From positions 166,213 through 190,212 of the forward strand of contig DATIIL010000005.1 of assembly GCA_035479655.1 (NCBI GenBank): a stretch of 24,000 nt of DNA, read 5' to 3'. The notes under the pieces were generated by a model that saw nothing but the letters and a program-made list of their open reading frames with translations, was not told where the DNA came from and did no database searches. Origin of the DNA: Candidatus Saccharimonadales bacterium (GTDB taxonomy: Bacteria; Patescibacteriota; Saccharimonadia; Saccharimonadales; UBA4665). A program made the translations under genes and the position numbers. This document shows positions 1 through 7,529 of the stretch, piece by piece; position 1 is the first letter of the stretch; each line of letters starts with the position of its first letter.

Positions 1-27
1 CATAAATGTGGTAAATTATCAATACAT

Positions 28-86
28 CTACCGCTTTCGCTCTCTATAGAGCTCATCAGCACGACTATACATTCGTGGAGCAGTAG
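28..86 (-). ncRNA. Type III hammerhead ribozyme HH-A (canonical core)
   Basis: Minus strand reads CTACTGC-TC|CACGA-atgtatag-TCGTG-CTGATGA-GCTC-tataga-GAGC-GAAA-GCGGTAG. Stems I and II are hairpin-closed and stem III is open (7 bp including one G-U). The CUGAUGA and GAAA core is complete. Predicted cleavage is 3' of the C at 78. Confidence 0.9.
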
Positions 87-160
87 GCAGGCAAGTGATA
101 CAGAATAGGATTTGAGCGTCGCGGAAGCGACGAACGCGTCCAGGCATGCCTGACTACTGC
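80..160 (-). other. Long imperfect 3' UTR hairpin of cassette 1; distal arm doubles as hammerhead stem III strand
   Basis: Plus-strand arms gcagtaggcaggca (80-93) and tgcctgactactgc (147-160) are complementary except for one mismatch. An inner mini-hairpin gtcgc-ggaa-gcgac is present. The element lies between the stop codon at 186 and HH-A. Confidence 0.7.
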
Positions 161-185
161 TGGCTGGGCGCGGGGCCGCGGACGG

Positions 186-752
186 CTACGCGTCGATGAT
201 TTGCCAGTTGGCCGACGCCGTGGTGTGGCGGCGGATGAGCTTGCCGAGCTCCGTGTGGTCGTGCTCGGCGCCGAAGACGTAGATTTGCGTCCAGGGGACG
301 CACAGCTGGTCGTCGGTGCCGCCGGGCTCGTTGAATATCGACGTGCAGGTCATGACCACCACGTCGTCGCCCAGTTCGGCCACGAGCTGCTTGCGCAGGG
401 TGGCTTGCTCGGCGTCGGTGAACTGGTCGATGGCGCAGGCGTACGGCGGCTTGTGGCCGTCGAGCCCCAGGATCGACGCGGCGACCATCTTGGCCGTGGC
501 CATGATGGCGACGATGTCGCTTCCCGGCGCCACGTACACCTCGACGCCGTCGTAGGCGCCGTCCAGCGGCGATGTCGCCTGGACACGGGTGACCTGCGGG
601 TGGCCGTCGACAACCTTGGCCACCCGGTGGAGGGCGGCGGGGTCAACGGCGGCCGCGCCGATGGCCGGCTTCAGCGTAAACCAGCGGCGGGCGCCACTGG
701 CAAAGCTGTAGGTTACGCCAATCAGCTGATCGGCGACGGTGCGGGTATGCAT
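186..752 (-). CDS. Hypothetical protein, GC-rich cassette cargo family 1 (about 188 aa)
   Basis: ORF 186..776 trimmed to the ATG at 752, which has GAGGAG 7 nt upstream. Third codon positions are strongly GC-rich. The opposite-strand ORF 201..875 is an Arg/Gly/His-rich antisense shadow. I recognise no domain. There is weak colinear similarity to 1094..1618 and 1972..2535. Confidence 0.8.
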   Translation of the reverse strand: MHTRTVADQLIGVTYSFASGARRWFTLKPAIGAAAVDPAALHRVAKVVDGHPQVTRVQATSPLDGAYDGVEVYVAPGSDIVAIMATAKMVAASILGLDGHKPPYACAIDQFTDAEQATLRKQLVAELGDDVVVMTCTSIFNEPGGTDDQLCVPWTQIYVFGAEHDHTELGKLIRRHTTASANWQIIDA

Positions 753-783
753 CGAAGATCTCCTCTTCGTCGGCATGCTCAGC

Positions 784-836
784 GAAATGTGAGCTATAAA
801 AAGAGAAGCAACTTCTCTCCTTGTAGCTCACATTTC
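784..836 (-). promoter_or_regulatory. 5' leader hairpin of cassette 1 (GAGCTA/TAGCTC class)
   Basis: A perfect 13 bp stem pairs gaaatgtgagcta (784-796) with tagctcacatttc (824-836). An inner 7 bp helix pairs agagaag with cttctct. The hairpin sits about 30 nt upstream of the SD. The 3' arm can instead pair as GCTCA-n8-TGAGC. Confidence 0.65.
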
Positions 837-902
837 ACGCGTACGCAAAATCTATCTGTACACTATGTCTGCTAAAGTACCTCAGTAAACTGAAGTTAGC
901 TT

Positions 903-931
903 ATTATATAACTAATACTTGCGATTGTCCA
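903..931 (-). promoter_or_regulatory. Sigma70-type promoter of cassette 1
   Basis: Minus strand reads TGGACA-17 nt-TATAAT, starting 4 nt after the 3' end of HH-B. Confidence 0.65.
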
Positions 932-934
932 CAA

Positions 935-989
935 TACTGCTTTCGCTCTTTCAAGCTCATCAGCATAGACATACATCTATGGAGCAGTA
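935..989 (-). ncRNA. Type III hammerhead ribozyme HH-B (canonical core)
   Basis: Minus strand reads TACTGC-TC|CATAG-atgtatgt-CTATG-CTGATGA-GCTT-gaaa-GAGC-GAAA-GCAGTA. Stem II is capped by a GAAA tetraloop. Predicted cleavage is 3' of the C at 982. Confidence 0.9.
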
Positions 990-1063
990 GGCAGACGTGG
1001 TACAGAGAGGATGGGGTTAAACGTCGCAGCGCGACAACCGTGATCCAGATGTCTGACTACTGC
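984..1063 (-). other. Long imperfect 3' UTR hairpin of cassette 2
   Basis: Arms gcagtaggcagac (984-996) and gtctgactactgc (1051-1063) have a single mismatch. Inner helices are GGTT/AACC and gtcgc-agc-gcgac. The element lies between the stop at 1094 and HH-B. Confidence 0.7.
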
Positions 1064-1093
1064 TGCTCGACACCGAAATGCCGGGCGGGTTGG

Positions 1094-1618
1094 TCAACGG
1101 ACACAAACCTGCTGAACGGCCTTATCGATGATCTGCCCGATCTCCTCCAGCGGCAGCTTGCACCCGATGATCCGGATGGTAGCCGGCATGGAAGTGAGCA
1201 GGTCTTCGCTACCCCGAAGAGTGGCGTAGACGAGCACAACCACGTGCGGGCCGAGCTGATCGGCGATCCGGTCGCGCACCTCGTCACGCTGTTCCGGCTT
1301 GAGGCCGTAGCGCATGATGATGTGCATCGACGGGGCGCCGTCGATCCGCAGGAACGCTGCCAGAATGTTCGCCGCCTGGTTGGCGACGTCCTCGATGTCG
1401 GCCGTTTCCTGCACCATCACGATGTAGGATGCCAAGAGGTCATACCCCAGGACATCCGTGACAGCGGGAATGCTGTACAGGAGCTCGCCGCCCTGGTTGA
1501 ACGCAGCGAGCGAGCCACCGTGGCCACCCAGAATGTCGATGACGACACACGGCCTGCCATCGGCAGTACGGTCCGGAGCGGCCTTGATTCGGCCGCCGAA
1601 GAACTCGAGCTCGGTCAT
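1094..1618 (-). CDS. Hypothetical protein, GC-rich cassette cargo family 1 (about 174 aa)
   Basis: ORF 1094..1651 trimmed to the ATG at 1618 (MTELEFF...), which has GGAGGA 9 nt upstream. GC3 is high. The antisense ORF 1040..1753 is rejected. The block ...KPEQRDEVRDRIADQLGPHVVVLVYA aligns with TDAEQATLRKQLVAELGDDVVVMTCT of 186..752. Confidence 0.8.
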   Translation of the reverse strand: MTELEFFGGRIKAAPDRTADGRPCVVIDILGGHGGSLAAFNQGGELLYSIPAVTDVLGYDLLASYIVMVQETADIEDVANQAANILAAFLRIDGAPSMHIIMRYGLKPEQRDEVRDRIADQLGPHVVVLVYATLRGSEDLLTSMPATIRIIGCKLPLEEIGQIIDKAVQQVCVR

Positions 1619-1660
1619 GACTATGAATCCTCCCTTGTGTCGGAGACTCAACGTTTGGAG

Positions 1661-1708
1661 AACGCGAGCTGGGAAAAGGCAACAGATTGTCTTCTCTCAG
1701 CTCGCGTT
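1661..1708 (-). promoter_or_regulatory. 5' leader hairpin of cassette 2
   Basis: An 11 bp stem pairs aacgcgagctg (1661-1671) with cagctcgcgtt (1698-1708). The loop contains the ttgcctttt motif (minus strand) that recurs in the array 2 leaders. Confidence 0.6.
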
Positions 1709-1781
1709 GTCCACGCCCGGTACTGTTTCTATTTCTGTACCACTGTCTGCTAAAGTACCTCAACGGAGTTGAGACGATAAA

Positions 1782-1810
1782 ATTATAACATAAAACTGTT
1801 AGATTGGCTA
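1782..1810 (-). promoter_or_regulatory. Promoter of cassette 2 (extended -10)
   Basis: Minus strand reads TAGCCA-17 nt-(TGt)TATAAT. The -35 element abuts the 3' strand of HH-C stem III. Confidence 0.55.
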
Positions 1811-1861
1811 CTGCTTTCGCTCTATAGAGCTCATCAGCACGACTAGCATTCGTGGAGCAGT
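1810..1861 (-). ncRNA. Type III hammerhead ribozyme HH-C (canonical core)
   Basis: Minus strand reads ACTGC-TC|CACGA-atgctag-TCGTG-CTGATGA-GCTC-tata-GAGC-GAAA-GCAGT. Predicted cleavage is 3' of the C at 1855. Confidence 0.9.
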
Positions 1862-1936
1862 CATCAGACACAGATACAGGTTGGGGGAGCGCCGAAGGGC
1901 ACCGCAGCCAGCCGTGTAACCACGTCTGAGGACTGC
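1857..1936 (-). other. Long imperfect 3' UTR hairpin of cassette 3
   Basis: Arms gcagtcatcagac (1857-1869) and gtctgaggactgc (1924-1936) have one mismatch. An extra GC hairpin gcggcc-ggat-ggccgc lies between arm 2 and the stop at 1972. Confidence 0.7.
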
Positions 1937-1971
1937 TTGCCGCGGCCGGATGGCCGCAGTAGGGTGCTCGC

Positions 1972-2535
1972 TCAGTGCTTGATCCACGGGGCGGTGATGT
2001 TGGCCTCGGCCAGCAAGCCGTCCAGGCTGCGGATCGCCCACGTACAGTCCGTGATCTGCACCACGGTGACGTGCTTGAATTCCGGCTCGCTACCGCGGCG
2101 GTTGACGTTCTGCCGCGCCTTGTAGACGAGCACCTTGCCACTGCCTTCGAGCTTTTGGTTCAGCCACTTGTACAGCCGAGCCATCTCCTCGCCGGTCAGC
2201 GCCTGCAGCTCTGCGTCGAGCGCGACCACGTAGGGCACGAGCCGATCGTCGACGAGCAGCATCGGCTCGATGACGCTGATGGCCATGGCCATCACGCTTT
2301 CCAGCTGCAGGTCCTCGGGGTCGTCACTCACGTGTACCTCGAAGGTCTGCGTTCCGGAGAACGGGAGGGCCTTCGTGACTCGCGGCACGGTCTTCAGCAG
2401 CTCCACAGCGTACGCCATGACGTCGCTGCCGTAGCGTCCGAGGCCCCGATCGGCGATGTGGATCGTGAACTGAGCCTGGCCCGGTGCCACCGTGGTTGCG
2501 ATGGCTACCAGTGAACCGTTCTTGGATGTCTGCAT
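1972..2535 (-). CDS. Hypothetical protein, GC-rich cassette cargo family 1 (187 aa)
   Basis: The ATG at 2535 has GGAGGAGGAG 5 nt upstream. GC3 is high. The antisense ORF 1975..2514 is rejected. The pattern is colinear with the other two family 1 proteins (EVHVSDDPEDL...; TGEEMARLYKWLNQKLEGSGKVLVYKA). Confidence 0.8.
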   Translation of the reverse strand: MQTSKNGSLVAIATTVAPGQAQFTIHIADRGLGRYGSDVMAYAVELLKTVPRVTKALPFSGTQTFEVHVSDDPEDLQLESVMAMAISVIEPMLLVDDRLVPYVVALDAELQALTGEEMARLYKWLNQKLEGSGKVLVYKARQNVNRRGSEPEFKHVTVVQITDCTWAIRSLDGLLAEANITAPWIKH

Positions 2536-2601
2536 TGAGACTCCTCCTCCGATGTATCTGTATCCGAGAATTTACTTCAGGCCGAAACCTAAAGAATCTC
2601 T

Positions 2602-2630
2602 ATTATATCATGATATCTGCTCAAATTCTA
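2602..2630 (-). promoter_or_regulatory. Promoter of cassette 3 (extended -10)
   Basis: Minus strand reads TAGAAT-17 nt-(TGa)TATAAT, directly after the 3' end of HH-D. The short leader contains an 8 bp hairpin capped by UUCG. Confidence 0.55.
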
Positions 2631-2683
2631 GTCGTTTCGCTGCCATTACAGCTCATCGGAATAGCTCTTACTCTATTGACGAC
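2631..2683 (-). ncRNA. Hammerhead-like element HH-D with variant core (U4 to C)
   Basis: Minus strand reads GTCG-TC|AATAG-agtaagag-CTATT-CCGATGA-GCTG-taatgg-CAGC-GAAA-CGAC. All three stems and GAAA are present, but the core reads CCGAUGA instead of CUGAUGA. Confidence 0.6.
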
Positions 2684-2739
2684 AAGTGGGTAGGGAACGG
2701 AAGGCTTTAAAAGAGCTTCGGCTCTACCTATCCCACTTG
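2683..2739 (-). other. Imperfect hairpin adjacent to HH-D
   Basis: caagtgggtagg (2683-2694) pairs with cctatcccacttg (2727-2739) with a one-nucleotide bulge. The loop holds a small agagc-ttcg-gctct stem. Confidence 0.55.
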
Positions 2740-2893
2740 CGGGCTGTGCCGTGGTCGTCGCTTGCGCGACGGCTGTACACTTTCGCTAGTATCCCGCATA
2801 GTTAGCGCCCCTATCTGGCTCGGTGCTGACACCGAGTAGACGCAGATAGACATGATGGGACATGTCGTTTACTTCTGGGGAGAAGTTCGGTTG

Positions 2894-3160
2894 TTACCGC
2901 GCCGGCGGCCTGGTGAGCTCAGCCCACCACGACACCTTGGCGCGGTAGAAGAGGGTGATCCCGCCCGCGGTGGCGGTGTTGCCCGCCAGAATCCCGAGGA
3001 TGAACCACCACAGCACCGCATCGGCGTCCAGCTTGAACAGCTTGGCGCAAATCACCAGGGTGATCGATCCGAGGACCAGAACGCCCAGGAAGATGATGCC
3101 GAAGAGCATCCGGCAGCGGCGGTCGAGAAGTTCCTTCTCGACCTTGTTCACGTACGTCAC
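2894..3160 (-). CDS. Small GC-rich membrane protein (about 88 aa, two predicted TM helices)
   Basis: ORF 2894..3295 trimmed to the GTG at 3160, which has GAGGAG 5 nt upstream; this is where the GC-rich composition begins. Hydrophobic stretches are MLFGIIFLGVLVLGSITLVICA and VLWWFILGILAGNTATAGGITLF. The exact start is uncertain. Confidence 0.65.
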   Translation of the reverse strand: MTYVNKVEKELLDRRCRMLFGIIFLGVLVLGSITLVICAKLFKLDADAVLWWFILGILAGNTATAGGITLFYRAKVSWWAELTRPPAR

Positions 3161-3205
3161 GATGTCTCCTCGTGCTCTAGGCCTGTCCCCATGACAGACC
3201 TCTAT

Positions 3206-3234
3206 ATTATAACATGATTCTAGTTGCGTGGCTA
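3206..3234 (-). promoter_or_regulatory. Promoter of cassette 4 (first cassette of array 1)
   Basis: Minus strand reads TAGCCA-17 nt-(TGt)TATAAT. An 8 bp hairpin ggtctgtc-atgg-gacaggcc follows at the start of the transcript. The promoter is divergent from rpmF. Confidence 0.55.
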
Positions 3235-3319
3235 GCGCCCGCCGCCACCCTTGAGATTTCAACACGGTTCGGGTATAATATGACCAAATAATCAATCCAC
3301 AGTAAGGAGTCTTTTAGCT

Positions 3320-3505
3320 ATGGGTAAACCCAAGAAACGAACCTCATCGCGCCGCACCGGCGCTCGTCGCAGCCACTTAGTGCTAGAGCTGGCCCGCGCG
3401 GTCAACGCCAAGTCGCCAGTCAAAGTCCGTACCACAGTCCGCGAGAGCGGCAAAGCCACTGACCAGCCTGTAAAAGCCACCAAAAAGGCCGTAAAAGCTG
3501 CCTAG
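3320..3505 (+). CDS. rpmF: 50S ribosomal protein bL32
   Basis: A 61 aa protein starting MGKPKKRTSSRRTGARRSH, the typical L32 N-terminus. AAGGAG lies 9 nt upstream, and a TATAAT box lies further upstream. Confidence 0.85.
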   Translation: MGKPKKRTSSRRTGARRSHLVLELARAVNAKSPVKVRTTVRESGKATDQPVKATKKAVKAA

Positions 3506-3562
3506 TACTGTCCGGCCGGTCCCGGTATACTAGGTATATGAACTGTAAAGGCGACGCAGAAG

Positions 3563-4102
3563 ATGGCATCTAATCGACACCTTGGCCGCATCATTGCTCT
3601 CCAGACGCTGTTTGAGCAGGATTTTCGGCGCGCCGCGAGCGACGACACCTTTAACCTCGAAGACGTGTTGCAGCGTAACATTGCGCGCTACCAAGCTACC
3701 GTCGACGACACCGACTTTATCGAGCGCCTGGTACACGGTGTTAACGAGCATCAAACCGAGCTAGACGAACTACTGCAGCCGGTCGCGCCCGACTGGCCGA
3801 TCAGCGAGATCGCCCGCATGGATCGCATTTGCCTGCGTATGGGCCTGTACGAGCTTAAGTACGAGCAAGAGGGCGTGCCCGCGAAGGTCGCTATCAACGA
3901 AGCGGTGGAACTGGCCAAAGCGTTTGGCAGCGAGAACTCCTCGCGCTTTATCAACGGCGTGCTGGGCACCGCGCTGCGCATCCTAAACGGCGAAACCGTG
4001 GAAGCCAAAGTTGGCAAACACTCTGGTGCCGACCCCAACAAAGCCGCCCGCAAGAAACAAGCCGACAAAAAGGAGCCGCAGCAAGAGGAGAACGCCGCAT
4101 GA
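3563..4102 (+). CDS. nusB: Transcription antitermination factor NusB
   Basis: The N-terminus RHLGRIIALQTLFEQDF and ...AINEAVELAKAFGSENSSRFINGVLG are typical NusB signatures. A Lys/Glu-rich C-terminal tail is present. Confidence 0.9.
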   Translation: MASNRHLGRIIALQTLFEQDFRRAASDDTFNLEDVLQRNIARYQATVDDTDFIERLVHGVNEHQTELDELLQPVAPDWPISEIARMDRICLRMGLYELKYEQEGVPAKVAINEAVELAKAFGSENSSRFINGVLGTALRILNGETVEAKVGKHSGADPNKAARKKQADKKEPQQEENAA

Positions 4103-4596
4103 AGCGCCCAAGCCTCGGTGGGTTTCGGCGTTTTGTCCCCGGTCATCGTCCCAGCATCCAAGAAGTGGTGCACGAGACCACCGCTGGCGGCGTGATTTTT
4201 CGGCGCAATAAGGAATCTGGCAAGCTAGAAATCCTGTTAATCCAAGACGCGAAGGACCGCTGGACGATTCCAAAAGGTCACGTAGAAGAAGGCGAAGAGC
4301 CCAAAGGGACGGCCGAGCGCGAGATCAACGAAGAAACCGGCCTAAAAGAAATGAAAGTCTTTAACTGGCTGGGCAAAGTGAACTTCCGCTACCGCCGAGC
4401 GCAGGTGTTGGTGCTCATGACTATGCACATTTACTTAGTACAGGCGCTGGGGGACACCAACGATTTACACCCCGAAGACTGGCTGAACGACATCAAATGG
4501 TTCCCGGCCAGCGAAGCCATCGACAAGATCGCTTACGACGACATCGGCAAATTAATTCTAGTGGGAATGAAAAAAATCCGCGATGCAAGACTCTAG
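4099..4596 (+). CDS. NUDIX hydrolase
   Basis: The Nudix box GHVEEGEEPKGTAEREINEETG matches GX5EX7REUXEEXGU. The ATGA start overlaps the nusB stop. Confidence 0.85.
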   Translation: MKRPSLGGFRRFVPGHRPSIQEVVHETTAGGVIFRRNKESGKLEILLIQDAKDRWTIPKGHVEEGEEPKGTAEREINEETGLKEMKVFNWLGKVNFRYRRAQVLVLMTMHIYLVQALGDTNDLHPEDWLNDIKWFPASEAIDKIAYDDIGKLILVGMKKIRDARL

Positions 4597-5281
4597 CGCC
4601 TATGCAACCTTTGCCCAAGAGACTTTGGGCATTACCTTTGACGACATCCAGCTGCTGATCACCGCCTTCACTCACCGCTCGTATCTAAATGAGCACAAAA
4701 AAAGCGCTAGCGAGCATAACGAGCGCCTAGAATTCCTGGGCGACGCCGTGCTGGAACTGGTCGTTACCGAATATCTATACGCTACCTTTAGCGAGCCCGA
4801 AGGTATCCTCACTAACTGGCGCAGTAGCTTGGTACGCACCGAAAGCATTGGTGCAGCCGCCGCCAAGTATGGTTTTGAGCCGTTGCTTCGCCTGAGTCGC
4901 GGTGAGCGGCGCGGCACCGACCGCGCCCGGGCGCAGATTCTGGCCAACAGTTACGAAGCGGTGGTGGGAGCGATTTACCTAGATAAGGGTTACGAAGCCG
5001 CGAAGGCCTTCATCACCAAGACCATCTTAAGCACCTTTAAACAGATTTTACAGACTGGCTCGTGGCTAGACCCCAAATCACACCTGCAGGAAGTGGCCCA
5101 GAGCCGCGACGGCCACACTCCGATGTACAAAGTATTGAGCGAAGAAGGCCCGGACCACGAAAAAGTCTTTACCGTAGGCGTCTTTGTGGGCGGCAAGCTG
5201 AAAGGCACCGGTGTGGGTCCGAGCAAACAAGCCGGCCAGCAAAAAGCAGCCGAAGCGGCGCTGGTTGGCTACGGCGACTAG
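4583..5281 (+). CDS. rnc: Ribonuclease III
   Basis: The catalytic signature NERLEFLGDAVLELVV and a C-terminal dsRBD (GPDHEKVFTVGVFVGGKLKGTGVGPSKQAGQQKAAEAAL) are present. Confidence 0.95.
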   Translation: MQDSSAYATFAQETLGITFDDIQLLITAFTHRSYLNEHKKSASEHNERLEFLGDAVLELVVTEYLYATFSEPEGILTNWRSSLVRTESIGAAAAKYGFEPLLRLSRGERRGTDRARAQILANSYEAVVGAIYLDKGYEAAKAFITKTILSTFKQILQTGSWLDPKSHLQEVAQSRDGHTPMYKVLSEEGPDHEKVFTVGVFVGGKLKGTGVGPSKQAGQQKAAEAALVGYGD

Positions 5282-5286
5282 ATTCG

Positions 5287-6972
5287 CTAGAGATCGGTGT
5301 ACATATTGGTGTCCAGTGCGGTACGCAACCGCGTGGCATGGGCCGAGGTGTGCTCGCCGTAAGCTAGGCGCATAACTTCGGAGCCGATCCAGCGCGCCTG
5401 CCACTCGGCCGGGCTCAGCTCGGGCCGGGCGGCTGTTGCGCTCAGACAAGGTTCCACGCGGATACGCAGCGGGTCGTCGGCCATAAAGACTCGAGCGGCA
5501 TCTACCATAGTCGGATCGCTGAGTATGTCTCGCTTAAAACCGGGACCTACTTTGTCCGCGCGGTCCCCAAGTAGATCACTAAACAAGGCGGGGTCGAAGC
5601 GGAGCTGTCCATCCCCATCCGCAAATAAGCTGTACATAAATGTGGGCCCGAGAATTTTCGAGATTTTCCACCTTTCGGCCGACGACAGCTGGTTCGGGAG
5701 CTGTTCGCCAAATATGCTGCGTGCGAACTTATACGCATAGTTGACCACGTAGTCTTCATGGACAACCAGGCTGCCGTCTGGCTCGAGCGTGGAGTCCTCT
5801 AGGGCACGTTTGAAGTTGACGTGTTTCGTTTTATCAAATCGCTCATTATGTTCCACTAAGATGGTCGGAATGAGCTCGGCAACCGGATAGCCGAGCGCGG
5901 CAAGGCGTTCGCGCGGTTGCGCGAGGCCGTAAGCCATACCACTCATCAACCACAGCAGCGCGTGATCGTTGCTTGGCCGGAGGAAGGAATTTCGTGCCTC
6001 AATGTAGTCTTCGACGACCCGCAGCTGGGTACGATGGGTGGTAATGCGAGGGGTGATGCGCTGATTCTTGATGTCATCGAGCAAGTCGGCCGATCCGCTG
6101 ATAGAGATGTACACGCAGTCCGAAATAGCCGCATTCAGGCCGGAAACCACCCGCAGCGTCTGTTCGATCCGAGCCGCGTCGCTGCCAATAATCGGGCGGC
6201 CATGCCGCTGCCCGTTCTGCTCTGTAATCTGGTAAGCGCTGATATTGAGGTGGTCGCCGAGCGGCAGCACATACAGGCCGAGTTCGGCCGCTGCGTCGGC
6301 CAAGCTCGTTCGCAGGAGCGTCTCGCGCTCGTCCAGCGCTTCTGGCGGGCCGGGAGTAAGACGGATTTCACCGAGGCCCGCGCCGCCGTCATAGTATCCA
6401 CGCTGGTGGGTCTCGGGGCCAAAGCGCCACTCTACCATACCCATAGCTTGGCTGTAGGCGAGCATTTCGTCGTAACTTATGCCTTTGGGCGGCTTGGGGC
6501 TAGCCAGGGTCGGGGTAGAGAAACGCTTATAGACCAGGTAATTTACCCAGTCCTTGACGGTGAAATTGGGGATGCTGTCTAGCCAGCGCTGCTTTTTCTG
6601 GGCTTCGGCGGCAGTTGTAGGTACCAACTGGCCGATGGTGGCGACGGCATCAAGGCGCAGCTCGGCAATTTTGGCCTCGCGCGCTGCTTCATCGGCGGGA
6701 TGCTGGACGCTCGACGGCAAGCCAATTGCCGCATAGATTGATCCGCTGTCCAGCAAGAACTCTATCTCTTTGCTCGCAAGAAACAACAGTGGCTCACCAT
6801 GCTCGCCGTGGGCAATTTCTTGCTGGACGGTGAGCATTCGGTCGCGCATAAAGACTCGTTCGTCGAAGGGCAGCAGCGTCTCGGCGGCCAGAGTTTTAGA
6901 AGGGTAGGCCTCTGTCAGCATAGTTGCAGGATTATAGTATAGCTTGGGTTGTTTATCAATATTGGATGCCAA
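5287..6972 (-). CDS. Hypothetical protein (561 aa), backbone-like composition
   Basis: A long uninterrupted ORF with backbone-like GC, convergent with rnc. The internal plus-strand ORFs look like antisense shadows. I can name no domain. Confidence 0.8.
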   Translation of the reverse strand: MASNIDKQPKLYYNPATMLTEAYPSKTLAAETLLPFDERVFMRDRMLTVQQEIAHGEHGEPLLFLASKEIEFLLDSGSIYAAIGLPSSVQHPADEAAREAKIAELRLDAVATIGQLVPTTAAEAQKKQRWLDSIPNFTVKDWVNYLVYKRFSTPTLASPKPPKGISYDEMLAYSQAMGMVEWRFGPETHQRGYYDGGAGLGEIRLTPGPPEALDERETLLRTSLADAAAELGLYVLPLGDHLNISAYQITEQNGQRHGRPIIGSDAARIEQTLRVVSGLNAAISDCVYISISGSADLLDDIKNQRITPRITTHRTQLRVVEDYIEARNSFLRPSNDHALLWLMSGMAYGLAQPRERLAALGYPVAELIPTILVEHNERFDKTKHVNFKRALEDSTLEPDGSLVVHEDYVVNYAYKFARSIFGEQLPNQLSSAERWKISKILGPTFMYSLFADGDGQLRFDPALFSDLLGDRADKVGPGFKRDILSDPTMVDAARVFMADDPLRIRVEPCLSATAARPELSPAEWQARWIGSEVMRLAYGEHTSAHATRLRTALDTNMYTDL

Positions 6973-6984
6973 AAGGGCTCTTGG

Positions 6985-7013
6985 TTGACATCAGAGGAGA
7001 TAATCTGTAAAAT
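6985..7013 (+). promoter_or_regulatory. Promoter of rpsP
   Basis: TTGACA-17 nt-TAAAAT lies about 50 nt upstream of the rpsP ATG. Confidence 0.6.
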
Positions 7014-7065
7014 ACCCTAAGATTCTTTGGCAATCTAAAGTTAAGAAAGAGAGAATGATTCAACA

Positions 7066-7497
7066 ATGTTAGCTATCCGCATGCAACGCACCGGCCGCAA
7101 AGGCCACGCCATGTTCCGCGTCGTGGTTCAAGACTCGCGCGTAACGCCGACTAGCGGTAAAGTCGTTGCACTGCTTGGCAGCTACGACCCGCACACCAAG
7201 AGTGCCGCCTTGGACAAAACTCAGGCCGAAAATTTTCTAAAGAATGGCGCCCAGCCGTCTGACCGCATTGCTGCGCTATTCAAGCAAGAAGGCATTAGAC
7301 TGCCGGAGTGGGTAACGCTAGCCACTAAGAAAGTCGGCAAGCTGCGTAACCCGGAAAAACTGCGCAAGAACCAGCCGAAAGAGGCGGCAGCTCCTGTCGA
7401 AACCCCGGCTGAAGAACCGGCCGCCGAAGCAGCAGCAGCCGAGGCGACAAGCGAAGCTCCAGCTGCCGAAACAGACGCGGAGAAAACTGAAGCATAG
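7066..7497 (+). CDS. rpsP: 30S ribosomal protein bS16 with Ala/Glu/Pro-rich C-terminal extension
   Basis: MLAIRMQRTGRKGHAMFRVVVQDSR is the canonical S16 N-terminus. Confidence 0.95.
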   Translation: MLAIRMQRTGRKGHAMFRVVVQDSRVTPTSGKVVALLGSYDPHTKSAALDKTQAENFLKNGAQPSDRIAALFKQEGIRLPEWVTLATKKVGKLRNPEKLRKNQPKEAAAPVETPAEEPAAEAAAAEATSEAPAAETDAEKTEA

Positions 7498-7529
7498 CTC
7501 ACGTTTTACCAGTTAATCGCATAAATTGC

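Noticed and set aside
201-875. Plus-strand ORF (224 aa) overlapping cassette 1; similar long plus-strand ORFs at 1040-1753, 1975-2514, 2852-3217, 8561-10078, 10117-10893, 11879-12730, 12990-13670 and 13798-14568
   Set aside because: These are Arg/Gly/His/Asp-rich antisense shadows typical of high-GC coding regions. They lack SD sites and run through promoters, hairpins and ribozymes. The minus-strand frames have SD sites, a GC3 bias and, for 8396-10066, recognisable GHKL motifs.
1440-2141. Minus-strand 233 aa ORF spanning the cassette 2 to cassette 3 junction
   Set aside because: It crosses a promoter, a leader, HH-C and parts of two better-supported genes in other frames. Its Arg/Ser/Pro-rich composition is an artefact.
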